Positions 26,781-34,517 are shown, counted from the stretch's first letter. The stretch: DNA of 38,862 nt from a virus (IMGVR_UViG_3300031965_000085:1-38862), one strand, 5' to 3'. Translations and numbers: made by a program. The notes: generated from the letters alone by a model not told the origin.

Positions 26781-27107
26781 CTAGGCCGCGCGAGGGTACC
26801 ATAGGGTAAGTCCGCTGGCAGCCGAGTCACCGCCGTCGTCTTCGCCTCCCATCAGCCAAGCGGCGCTCACGCCAGTGCGGTCAGCGATCTCGCGCGCGAT
26901 GACGGGCAGGTGCCCCGGCACGTTGGTGTCGGCCTCCCACGCTGCGTAGGTGGTGTGGTTCGCCATGCCGAGCACTTCGGTGGCGAACTCCCGCTGGTTG
27001 AACCTCCGGCCCACGCGCTCGCCGTACTGCCTGCGGAGGCTGCGGAGTCGCGTGCCGAACGTGATGACGGGCTGCCAGGGCATGGGGGAGACAGTCGCTT
27101 CGCTCAT
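26781..27107 (-). CDS. Immunity repressor (XRE/Cro-CI HTH)
   Basis: FGTRLRSLR, NQREFA, TYAAWEAD...P, IADRTGVSAAWLMGG; ends in RAA; upstream of and co-oriented with int. Confidence 0.85.
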   Translation of the reverse strand: MSEATVSPMPWQPVITFGTRLRSLRRQYGERVGRRFNQREFATEVLGMANHTTYAAWEADTNVPGHLPVIAREIADRTGVSAAWLMGGEDDGGDSAASGLTLWYPRAA

Positions 27108-27187
27108 GGCGCAGAGTCTAGGCATTCCTAGAGATTAGGCAAGCCCTTGACGAAGGGCTGAGAGGTATGCCTAGTCTCTAGGTATGC
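27108..27187. promoter_or_regulatory. Divergent promoter/operator region (lysis-lysogeny switch)
   Basis: Leftward TTGCCT-16-TAGACT ending 7 nt before repressor ATG; rightward TTGACG...TAGTCT ending 6 nt before ATG 27184; CTAG-rich palindromes. Confidence 0.75.
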
Positions 27188-27372
27188 ACAGCGACGACCT
27201 CCTCAGCGCAGGCGAGGCTGCCCGGCTGAGTGGGCTCAGCATCGAGCACCTCCGCCGGCTCGCCCGAGAGGGATCCATCCCAGCGGTTCGGACCCCCGGC
27301 AACCACCGCCGCTTCAAGCGGTCCGACGTCGAGGCCCTCCTCCGCCCCGAGCCCGCGGCGGAGGTCGGGTGA
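27184..27372 (+). CDS. Excisionase/Cro-like DNA-binding protein (MerR-like HTH)
   Basis: LLSAGEAARLSGLS...LRRLAREGSIPAVRTPGNHRRFKRSDVEALL. Confidence 0.88.
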   Translation: MHSDDLLSAGEAARLSGLSIEHLRRLAREGSIPAVRTPGNHRRFKRSDVEALLRPEPAAEVG

Positions 27373-27779
27373 TGGCCAAGGCGTACCTGATGATCTCGAC
27401 CGCCGACGGCCGCCGCGACGTCGTGGAGATCCACCAGCCCGGCCTCGCCGCGCTCTCAGCCGAGAGCCTGTGGGCCGCCGAGGTGCCGCTCCACCGCCTG
27501 CAGCCGGTTCTGCAGCACACCCACCGAAGCGACGATCTCCACGCACAACTCGGCCACCTCCCCGAGAGTGGCCGGAGCGCCGGCCCCACGGTCAAGGGCT
27601 GCCTCCTGCAGCTTGCGGTACTGCTGCACCAGCACTTCCAGCACGCCGGGCGCGTCATCCATCGTCCGTTCTCCTCACCTGGGGTCGTAGCCGGTGAGGG
27701 TAGGGGGAAGGCCGGTCCTGGTGCCGCCGCCGGTCGGCCTTCCCCCGGATCGCCCGAGCCCACCAAGGCCACGGCGTGA
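27369..27779 (+). CDS. Hypothetical protein (possibly a disrupted gene or shadow ORF)
   Basis: Coupled at both ends by GTGA overlaps, but C-terminal half is low quality and overlaps an antisense gene and hairpins. Confidence 0.35.
   Translation: MMAKAYLMISTADGRRDVVEIHQPGLAALSAESLWAAEVPLHRLQPVLQHTHRSDDLHAQLGHLPESGRSAGPTVKGCLLQLAVLLHQHFQHAGRVIHRPFSSPGVVAGEGRGKAGPGAAAGRPSPGSPEPTKATA
27456..27662 (-). CDS. Small helical protein, antisense to the early operon
   Basis: GAGGAG RBS 8 nt upstream on the - strand; amphipathic helical sequence. Confidence 0.6.
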   Translation of the reverse strand: MDDAPGVLEVLVQQYRKLQEAALDRGAGAPATLGEVAELCVEIVASVGVLQNRLQAVERHLGGPQALG

Positions 27780-27982
27780 CGGCCGCCGACCCGTACACCA
27801 GCACTCCCACGGTCCCGACCACGGACGCGATGCCCACCACCACGGTCGGGGTCCCCCGTGAGCTGCCGCGGACGGGGAACGAGACGCTGTTCCTCCTCGG
27901 TCCCGCGGCTGCGCTCATGCTCATCGGCCTCATCATCATGTGCATCCTCAAGGCCGTCGCCCTCGCCAAGAGGCAGCCGTGA
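27776..27982 (+). CDS. Mini-protein with LPXTG sorting signal
   Basis: Thr/Pro-rich N-terminus, LPRTG, hydrophobic helix, K...KR tail; overlaps with both neighbours. Confidence 0.75.
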   Translation: MTAADPYTSTPTVPTTDAMPTTTVGVPRELPRTGNETLFLLGPAAALMLIGLIIMCILKAVALAKRQP

Positions 27983-28479
27983 CCACCGACGACACCGGCC
28001 GCCGCATCGCCCTCGCTGAGCGGTGGTCGGCCAAGGTCGACCACCAGCCCAATGGCTGTTGGTGCTGGACCGGCAGCAAGAGCGACGGCTACGGGAGGAT
28101 CTACATCGGCCCCGGCCAGTCGCCGGGTCGTGCTCACCGGGTGGCCTACGAGCTGTTCGTCGGCCCCATCCCGGCTGGCATGGAGATCGACCACCAGTGC
28201 CACAACGAGGACTCGACCTGCCCTGGTGGGCTGACGTGCCCGCATCGGGCGTGCGTGAACCCCGCCCACCTCGAGCCAGCAACTCGCAGGGTCAACGTTC
28301 TCCGCGGTCGAGGGCCAACGGCACTCAACGCCACGAAGACGCACTGCTCACAGGGCCACCCCTACGACGAGGCGAACACCTTGCAACGCTCGGAGCGGCT
28401 CCACCGGCACTGCCGGGAGTGTGAACGGCGACGCGATCTGGCGCGGGCCCCTCGTCGTCATAGTGGATCGCGGTCCTGA
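27979..28479 (+). CDS. HNH endonuclease (HNH_3-like)
   Basis: GCWCWTG...GYG, AHRVAYELFVGPIP.GMEIDHQC, ACVNPAHLEP.T..VN, KTHCSQGH. Confidence 0.9.
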   Translation: MTTDDTGRRIALAERWSAKVDHQPNGCWCWTGSKSDGYGRIYIGPGQSPGRAHRVAYELFVGPIPAGMEIDHQCHNEDSTCPGGLTCPHRACVNPAHLEPATRRVNVLRGRGPTALNATKTHCSQGHPYDEANTLQRSERLHRHCRECERRRDLARAPRRHSGSRS

Positions 28480-28637
28480 TGGCCCCCGACGAACTCTCCT
28501 ACGCGTACTGGGCGGGCCGGCTCGCCGAGGCCATCCGCATGCAGCTCCGCTACGACTGGCTCGACAAGCGGAGCGTCGACACCCTCGCCGAGTTCGACGC
28601 TTGGTGCGCCAAGCGCCGCGAGCAGGTCGAGTCATGA
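28479..28637 (+). CDS. Hypothetical protein (52 aa)
   Basis: Read by hand: MAPDELSYAYWAGRL...EQVES; coupled at both ends. Confidence 0.65.
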   Translation: MAPDELSYAYWAGRLAEAIRMQLRYDWLDKRSVDTLAEFDAWCAKRREQVES

Positions 28638-28990
28638 GCCGCAAGCTCCGCGAGGCGCTCATCGAGCGTGACGCGGCCCGCTCCCGGGCCGACAAGCTCA
28701 GCCGGGAGCTGCTCGCGAAGACCCGGCTGATGATGGCCGACCCCACCACCCGCGACTGGGTGCGCCTCGCGGCCCGCGTCCACCACCTTGAAGCGTTGTG
28801 CGCGGAGCACGGCATCGACACGACACCCCCCGCGCGCCCGACGGGCACGTGGGCCGAACGGCACCTTCTCCCTTCGCCTGCTGTGGCTGCGGCCACCGGA
28901 CGCGGGGACGGCGAGGGGGCTGTCGTGGTCAGCCCTCTCGCCACCAGCTACGGCGTCGAGTGGTCCGGCCTCGGGAACGCTCTCCCGTGA
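28634..28990 (+). CDS. Hypothetical protein
   Basis: ATGA overlap; 3' part of track ORF 28421..28990. Confidence 0.6.
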   Translation: MSRKLREALIERDAARSRADKLSRELLAKTRLMMADPTTRDWVRLAARVHHLEALCAEHGIDTTPPARPTGTWAERHLLPSPAVAAATGRGDGEGAVVVSPLATSYGVEWSGLGNALP

Positions 28991-29169
28991 TCGTCGTCGT
29001 GTTCCTCATCGGCCTCGTGCTCGGCGTCGCCGTCGGCTGGCACGCCCGCACCCACCCCGCGCCCGACGACACCGCCGAACGACGCCGGCTCTGCGCCGCG
29101 CTCGACGCATTGGACCGAATCGACACCCGCCGCGCCCGGGAGGCCGCCGCCACCAATCGCAGCCCCTGA
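28987..29169 (+). CDS. Small membrane protein
   Basis: GTG start; IVVVFLIGLVLGVAVGW TM helix. Confidence 0.65.
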   Translation: MIVVVFLIGLVLGVAVGWHARTHPAPDDTAERRRLCAALDALDRIDTRRAREAAATNRSP

Positions 29170-29174
29170 CCTTG

Positions 29175-29237
29175 CGCGGGCTCCCGTGCCTTACCGCCCC
29201 CACTCCGCCCCGAGTGGCCAAGGCACGGGAGCCCGCG
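29175..29237 (+). other. Long stem-loop in a 239-nt intergenic region
   Basis: Perfect 18-bp inverted repeat 29175-29192 / 29220-29237 with inner CCACTC/GAGTGG stem. Confidence 0.75.
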
Positions 29238-29408
29238 GAGGGCCCGGGGACGAGCCCCACGGTCACCGTCCACGTCTCTGAACGGCGACCCGAGCCGGCC
29301 CATCAGCACCGGCCTCAACCCACCCTCCACCCACGCAGACAGCAGAGCCCGCCGACCCAAGCACCTACCGGGAGCGGATCGACGGGCCCCTAACGAGAGG
29401 AACGCTAC

Positions 29409-30221
29409 ATGACCATCCTGCCGGATCGGCTCGACCTGCTCGACACCCTCAACCTCAAGTCAGGGGGCCACTCGTCCCTCGACGACGGGGCGTGCCTTCT
29501 GGAGGCGGTGAGCTACATCGCGGGCGAACCCTGGTCTGATCACCCGGAGTGTGTGTGCCCGGTCCTCGGCGCGTTCGGACGGGCGTGGAACGACGGCCTG
29601 CCTGACGCTGACCGCGACCGGCTCCTCAAGCCGTTCATCCCGCGGCTGGTCGGGACCCGCTCGACGCCTGACGTGCAGGACGCCCGGGCGTTCCTCGCCA
29701 CGGACTGGGCGGTGCGCACGTTCACCCCCGCGTGGCTCCGCAAGGCGGGCCTGCACGACGACGCCGACGCGTTAGCCGCGCTGCCGGAGATGACCTCGGC
29801 GGAGCTGTGCAGGGCGGCCATGCCGACGATCCGCAAGGCGCAGAACGCGGGGGCCGCTGCTCGGGACGCTGCTGGGGCCGCTGCTGGGGCCGCTGCTTGG
29901 GCCGCTGCTGGGGACGCTGCTCGGGCCGCTGCTTGGGCCGCTGCTTGGGCCGCTGCTGGGGACGCTGCTCGGGCCGCTGCTTGGGCCGCTGCTTGGGCCG
30001 CTGCTTGGGACGCTGCTCGGGCCGCTGCTGGGGACGCTGCTTGGGCCGCTGCTTGGGCCGCTGCTTGGGACGCTGCTCGGGCCGCTGCTGGGGACGCTGC
30101 TTGGGACGCTGCTTGGGACGCTGCTGGGGCCGCTGCTGGGGCCGCGCTGGCTGACACCGTCACCGAGTTGCAGGCGTCGGCGTCCGACCTGCTCTCCCGC
30201 ATGATCGGGGTCGGCCAGTGA
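29409..30221 (+). CDS. Hypothetical protein with [A/D]AA[W/R/G] tetrapeptide repeats
   Basis: GAGAGG RBS; N-domain GACLLEAVSYIAGEPWSDHPECVCPV; 24 tetrapeptide repeats. Confidence 0.85.
   Translation: MTILPDRLDLLDTLNLKSGGHSSLDDGACLLEAVSYIAGEPWSDHPECVCPVLGAFGRAWNDGLPDADRDRLLKPFIPRLVGTRSTPDVQDARAFLATDWAVRTFTPAWLRKAGLHDDADALAALPEMTSAELCRAAMPTIRKAQNAGAAARDAAGAAAGAAAWAAAGDAARAAAWAAAWAAAGDAARAAAWAAAWAAAWDAARAAAGDAAWAAAWAAAWDAARAAAGDAAWDAAWDAAGAAAGAALADTVTELQASASDLLSRMIGVGQ
29853..30140 (+). repeat. 24 x 12-bp tandem repeat G(C/A)CGCTGCT(T/C/G)GG, in frame
   Basis: Counted directly; only two of twelve positions vary. Confidence 0.95.
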
Positions 30222-30475
30222 CCACCACCGAGACCGAGCACCAGGAACGCCCGCACGGCGTGCCCTGCCCCTGCGGCCGGGAGACGTTCGAGCACGACGC
30301 CCGCTGCAGCGATGCCTGCCGGGCAACGTTCGGCCGCACCGGTCACCTCGCCCGCGTCGAACGGCCCACCCGGGCCATGCGAGCCTTCAACGGCGCCCGC
30401 CCGGACTGCGAGTCCTGCGGTGGCCTGGGCCGCCACAACGGCGTGGACTGCATCTGCCGGCGGTACGGCCGGTGA
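30218..30475 (+). CDS. Small Cys-rich zinc-binding protein
   Basis: CPCG, CSDAC, CESCGG, CIC. Confidence 0.6.
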   Translation: MTTTETEHQERPHGVPCPCGRETFEHDARCSDACRATFGRTGHLARVERPTRAMRAFNGARPDCESCGGLGRHNGVDCICRRYGR

Positions 30476-30906
30476 TGTGCACGCACCCGGGCTGCGTGAA
30501 GCAGGCCCAGATCGGGAACCGCTGCCTCCGCCACCAGGAGGCCAAGGGCACACTCGCCGCCCAGGCGCCAACCGTCGATGCTCGCGCCAAGGCCCAACGC
30601 ATCGACCCGCCCACCGCCCCGGCAACGACACCCCCCCCCGGAACGTTGGCGTCGGCCATCGAGTGGGAGGACCCGCCCAAGCGGGCAACCGTCCAAGGGC
30701 GGCCCAGCACCATCGAGCCGTTCCTCCAGGCCCTCGCCCAGCACCCCGGAAGGTGGGCGGTCTACACCCGCAAGGCCAAGAGCCATGGCGGAGGCAGCGC
30801 CCTGACGAAGCACGCCAAGGCCGCCGGGCGGAAGGTCCGCCGCGCCACCGCACAGAACACCGACGGCACCTGGACCATCTGGGCGCAGATCGTGAGTGAG
30901 CCATGA
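30475..30906 (+). CDS. Hypothetical protein
   Basis: CTHPGC...C..H N-terminus; IEWEDPP, LAQHPGRWA; coupled. Confidence 0.65.
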   Translation: MCTHPGCVKQAQIGNRCLRHQEAKGTLAAQAPTVDARAKAQRIDPPTAPATTPPPGTLASAIEWEDPPKRATVQGRPSTIEPFLQALAQHPGRWAVYTRKAKSHGGGSALTKHAKAAGRKVRRATAQNTDGTWTIWAQIVSEP

Positions 30907-31352
30907 CCACTGAGTTCACCGACGCCAACGACGAGGTGCGCCCCATCGCCGGCGAGCTCATCCCCACCCACCACCGCCACCTCATCGGCGTCCACATCGA
31001 GTTCGTGTTCCGCGACCCCGCGGCGAAGAAGGCCGGCCGGGTCGCCCTCGGCACCGCCCAGAAGGTCAGCGGGCTCAACGCCCACCTGGCCGACTGGGGC
31101 GAGGACGCCTTCGTCATCGTGCTGGCCCGCACGCCGTGGATCGACATGACCCCGCGCCAGCGCAAGGCCCTCGTCGACCACGAGCTGTCGCACTGCCAGG
31201 TCGACGACGACGGCGCGCTGCACGTCATCGGCCACGACCTCGAGGAGTTCGTCGCCGTGGTCGAGCGCAACGGCCTCTGGCGCTCCGACGTGGCCGAGTT
31301 CGGCAAGGTCGCCGCCGCGCAGCTGCGCCTCCGGCTCGAAGAGGCCAGCTGA
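30903..31352 (+). CDS. Putative phage metallopeptidase
   Basis: ALVDHELSHC (HExxH) followed by HDLEEF..VVER.GLW. Confidence 0.8.
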   Translation: MTTEFTDANDEVRPIAGELIPTHHRHLIGVHIEFVFRDPAAKKAGRVALGTAQKVSGLNAHLADWGEDAFVIVLARTPWIDMTPRQRKALVDHELSHCQVDDDGALHVIGHDLEEFVAVVERNGLWRSDVAEFGKVAAAQLRLRLEEAS

Positions 31353-31528
31353 TGGCCGCCGATCCGCGCTCATCCCCGGAGGTCTGGGTGGTCGTCGCCG
31401 ACCACCTCGAGATCGTCGCCTCCGTCCACGACGAGATCGCCCGTGCGTTCCGGGCGCTGCCCGCCGCCGCACGGGAGGCCGTCGAGCGCCTCGCCAGCTT
31501 CGGCATCCACCCAGCGGGCCAGCGGTGA
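31352..31528 (+). CDS. Hypothetical protein (58 aa)
   Basis: TGATG overlap; 3' part of track ORF 31136..31528. Confidence 0.55.
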   Translation: MAADPRSSPEVWVVVADHLEIVASVHDEIARAFRALPAAAREAVERLASFGIHPAGQR

Positions 31529-31776
31529 GCCGCTTCGGGCCGAAGCCCCTACCCCGGGTGCCCCTCGCGCCGCTGACCCGGCTGGCTAATGAGTCGCACT
31601 CCGGGCTCGCGCGACGCCTGGGGGTCAGCAGGCCCAACGTGTGCCGCGCCAGTCGGGAGGGCCTGACGATCAACCTGGCTGACCGTTGGGCCATCGCGCT
31701 CGACCTCCACCCGGTGACGGTCTGGGGCGATGCCTGGCTCGAGGCGTGCGATGGCGTGCTGGCGGTGGCGTCGTGA
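31525..31776 (+). CDS. HTH DNA-binding protein
   Basis: LARRLGVSR..V.R....GL....ADRWAIALDLHP..VWG. Confidence 0.7.
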   Translation: MSRFGPKPLPRVPLAPLTRLANESHSGLARRLGVSRPNVCRASREGLTINLADRWAIALDLHPVTVWGDAWLEACDGVLAVAS

Positions 31777-32432
31777 GGCTCGTCTTCCGCCCCCTCGCGC
31801 AGTGGCCCGGCGAGCGCACCCGCGCCCGGCAGGGGCACCGCTTCATCGCCACGTGGAGCGAGACCCTTGGCGTCCTCGAGCGCGAGGTGTCCCACCTCGC
31901 CCGGCGACCCAACGATGCCGAGGTGGTGCTGCAGGTCGACGCGCCCGAGAGCGCCATGCGCCTCGACGGCGGGATCAAGGCGAACGCCACGGTCGGGGAG
32001 CCCGGCGTCGTCGTGAGCTTCGAGTCGAAGCACGGGCCGCTGCGCTACGCCACCGACACCTTCACCAGCGCCACCGTGCAGGGCCATCACATGCCCGGCT
32101 GGCAGGCCAACGTGCGAGCCATCGCCCTCGGCCTCGAGGCGCTCCGCAAGGTCGACCGGTACGGCATCTCGAAGGACGGCGAGCAGTACCGCGGCTGGTC
32201 GCAGCTGCCCCCCGGGCGTCCCACTGGACCCGCGATGACCGTGGAGGAGGCCGCCCAGCTGCTCGCGGTCGAGGGCCTCGAGGACCCTCGCGCCTGGGTC
32301 GACGTCATGGAGGGCGGCCCGGACGCCGCCTTCCGGATGGCGGCTAAGCGCCACCACCCCGACGCCGGCGGCAACCCCGACACGTTCCGTCGGATCACCA
32401 CTGCGCGCGACCTACTGGCGGCCCACCGATGA
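31773..32432 (+). CDS. Protein with C-terminal J-domain
   Basis: AFRMAAKRHHPDAGGNPDTFRRITTARDLL (HPD motif); PGVVVSF, WQANVRAIALGLEALRKVDRYG N-domain. Confidence 0.8.
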   Translation: MRLVFRPLAQWPGERTRARQGHRFIATWSETLGVLEREVSHLARRPNDAEVVLQVDAPESAMRLDGGIKANATVGEPGVVVSFESKHGPLRYATDTFTSATVQGHHMPGWQANVRAIALGLEALRKVDRYGISKDGEQYRGWSQLPPGRPTGPAMTVEEAAQLLAVEGLEDPRAWVDVMEGGPDAAFRMAAKRHHPDAGGNPDTFRRITTARDLLAAHR

Positions 32433-33439
32433 GCGCCGTGACCGTCGACCGGGCGCCATGGCTGGAGTGGCGACGTGGCGGGATCGGCGCCAGCGACGTC
32501 GCCGGCATCCTCGGCCTGTCGCGCTGGTCGTCGCCGTGGTCAGTGTGGGCCAGCAAGGTTGGGCTGCTCCCCGAGGACGAGCACGACACCGAGGCCATGG
32601 AGTTCGGGCGGCGGGCCGAGGTGATGATCGCCCCCTGGTTCCACGAGCGAACCGGCCTGTACCTGCTCGGCGAGCAGGCCTGGGCGAGCAACCCGGCCGC
32701 ACCGTGGATGCAGGCCACCCTCGACGGCCACGTTGGTGAGTCGCCGTCCACGGTGCTCGCCGACGCGCTCGGTGCTGGGGAGATCAAGTGCACCCGCGCC
32801 CGGCCCGAGGAGTGGGAGAACGAGGTGCCGGTGGCGTACCAGGTCCAGGCGTGCTGGCAGGCCGCTGTCACCGGCCACCGCCGGGTCTGGTTCCTGGTGC
32901 TGCACCTCTCGTTCGGCATCCCGCAGTTTCGGGTCTACGAGCTCGACATCCCCGAGGCTGACGTCGAGTACGTCACCACGGCAGCCGAGGGCTTCTGGCG
33001 GGCCCATGTGCTCACCGGGGAGCCGCCCGACGTCGACGCACACCCCGCCACGACCGCCGCCGTGAAGGCCGCGTACGGCCGGGCCGACGAGGCCGCCGAG
33101 CCGGCCGAGCTCGACGAGCTCGCCGACGACCTTGCCGCGCTGCGCGCCGCGAAGGCCGAGGCCAAGGAGGTCGAGGAGACAGTGGAGCTGCTCTCCAACC
33201 GGGTGCGTGTCGCGCTCGCGGATCGGGAGAGCGGCCAGGTCGGCGGCCTCGAGGTCGTCACCTGGAAGCACGCCCACGCCGTGAACGTCCCGGCCCTGAT
33301 CGACGCCGAGCCCGAGCTCACCGCGCCCTTCATGGTCCTCGACCTGGGCGCGTTCGTGAAGGCCCACAAGAAGGTCGCCAACCAGTACCGCACCGAGCTG
33401 GCCGAGCGCCGGTTCCTCTTGAAGAAGGCGAGGGCCTGA
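32429..33439 (+). CDS. YqaJ-like recombination exonuclease
   Basis: WLEWRRGGIGASD, ATLDG, EIKC, YQVQ motifs; adjacent to RecT. Confidence 0.92.
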   Translation: MSAVTVDRAPWLEWRRGGIGASDVAGILGLSRWSSPWSVWASKVGLLPEDEHDTEAMEFGRRAEVMIAPWFHERTGLYLLGEQAWASNPAAPWMQATLDGHVGESPSTVLADALGAGEIKCTRARPEEWENEVPVAYQVQACWQAAVTGHRRVWFLVLHLSFGIPQFRVYELDIPEADVEYVTTAAEGFWRAHVLTGEPPDVDAHPATTAAVKAAYGRADEAAEPAELDELADDLAALRAAKAEAKEVEETVELLSNRVRVALADRESGQVGGLEVVTWKHAHAVNVPALIDAEPELTAPFMVLDLGAFVKAHKKVANQYRTELAERRFLLKKARA

Positions 33440-34302
33440 TGGCCACCAGCGCAGTCGCACAGCACGCCGAGGCCGCCGCGGCGGCGCCCGCCAAGGTCAC
33501 CCCGAAGGAGGCGCTGCGCTCCATCGTCGAGCGGAACATGGGCGCCATCGGGGCCAGCCTCCCGACCGGCATGAGCCAGGAGCGCTTCGCCCGGCTGCTG
33601 CTCACCGCCGCCAACGTCAACCCCGAGCTGCTCACGTGCGACCCGCGGTCGTTCCTGCAGGCCGGCGTGCAGTGCGCCCAGCTCGGCCTGGAACCCAACG
33701 ACCCCCGGGGCCTGGCCTACCTCATCCCGTTCAAGGACAAGGACCGGGGCAAGGTCGTCAACCTCATCATCGGCTACCGGGGCATGGTCGAGCTCGCCCG
33801 GCGCAGCGGGATGGTGTCGAGCATCCACGCCTTCGCTGTCTACGAGGGCGACGCCTTCTCCTACGCCCTCGGCCTCGAGCCGACGCTGCACCACGTGCCG
33901 GCACCGGACGGTGCCGAGGACCCCTCCAAGCTCACCCACGTCTACGCGGTGGCCAAGGTCAACGGCGATCCGCAGTTCGTGGTCCTGACCCGCAAGCACG
34001 TGGAGAAGGCCAAGGCGTCGAGCCGGGGAGCGGACAGCAGCTACAGCCCCTGGAAGACCCACTACGCCGAGATGGCCCTCAAGACGGCGATCCGGCGCCT
34101 GTGCAAGCTGCTCCCGCAGACCGTCGAGGTGGCCAAGGCCATGGAGGCCGACGAGAGCGAGCCTCTCCACATCGGCAACGTGGGCACGTCGATGTTCGCC
34201 GATGACGCCGACGTCATCCCCACCCGGGAGCTGCCCGAGGGCGTCGACCCGGAGACAGGCGAGGTGCACGAGGTGACCGGCCTCCCGCTCGAGGAGGGCT
34301 GA
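33439..34302 (+). CDS. recT: RecT-family single-strand annealing protein
   Basis: AQLGLEP....AYLIPF, IIGYRGMVELARRSG, W..HYAEMALKTAIRRLCKLLP. Confidence 0.93.
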   Translation: MATSAVAQHAEAAAAAPAKVTPKEALRSIVERNMGAIGASLPTGMSQERFARLLLTAANVNPELLTCDPRSFLQAGVQCAQLGLEPNDPRGLAYLIPFKDKDRGKVVNLIIGYRGMVELARRSGMVSSIHAFAVYEGDAFSYALGLEPTLHHVPAPDGAEDPSKLTHVYAVAKVNGDPQFVVLTRKHVEKAKASSRGADSSYSPWKTHYAEMALKTAIRRLCKLLPQTVEVAKAMEADESEPLHIGNVGTSMFADDADVIPTRELPEGVDPETGEVHEVTGLPLEEG

Positions 34303-34517
34303 TGGCCGGCGAGCGGCAGACCATCACCATCCCGCTGCCGCTGGTGGCCCCGTTGGGCGTCCCGGTGAACTGCGCCGCGCTGCAGGATGTGTGGGACACC
34401 TTCGTGAAGCCAGACCAGGCCGCGGGCAACCCGCAGTCGGCCGAGATGCGCATCCTGATGGCCGTCCTGCGAGCGGTCTACGAGGGGCTCATGCTCCCGG
34501 ACGAGCCGACATCGTGA
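34302..34517 (+). CDS. Hypothetical protein
   Basis: GAGGAGG RBS; TGATG overlap. Confidence 0.6.
   Translation: MAGERQTITIPLPLVAPLGVPVNCAALQDVWDTFVKPDQAAGNPQSAEMRILMAVLRAVYEGLMLPDEPTS

Noticed and set aside
26720-26900. tRNA-derived attP core
   Set aside because: No GGTTCGA-type T-loop or its complement found on either strand; no tRNA gene recognised anywhere in the window
29853-30140. CRISPR array or DGR template/variable repeat
   Set aside because: Units are contiguous 12-mers with no spacers, in frame within a gene; no cas or reverse transcriptase gene in the window
30625-30642. Poly-C run as frameshift or phase-variation site
   Set aside because: Encodes TPPP in a Pro-rich linker; the ORF is intact and no sensible alternative-frame product is evident
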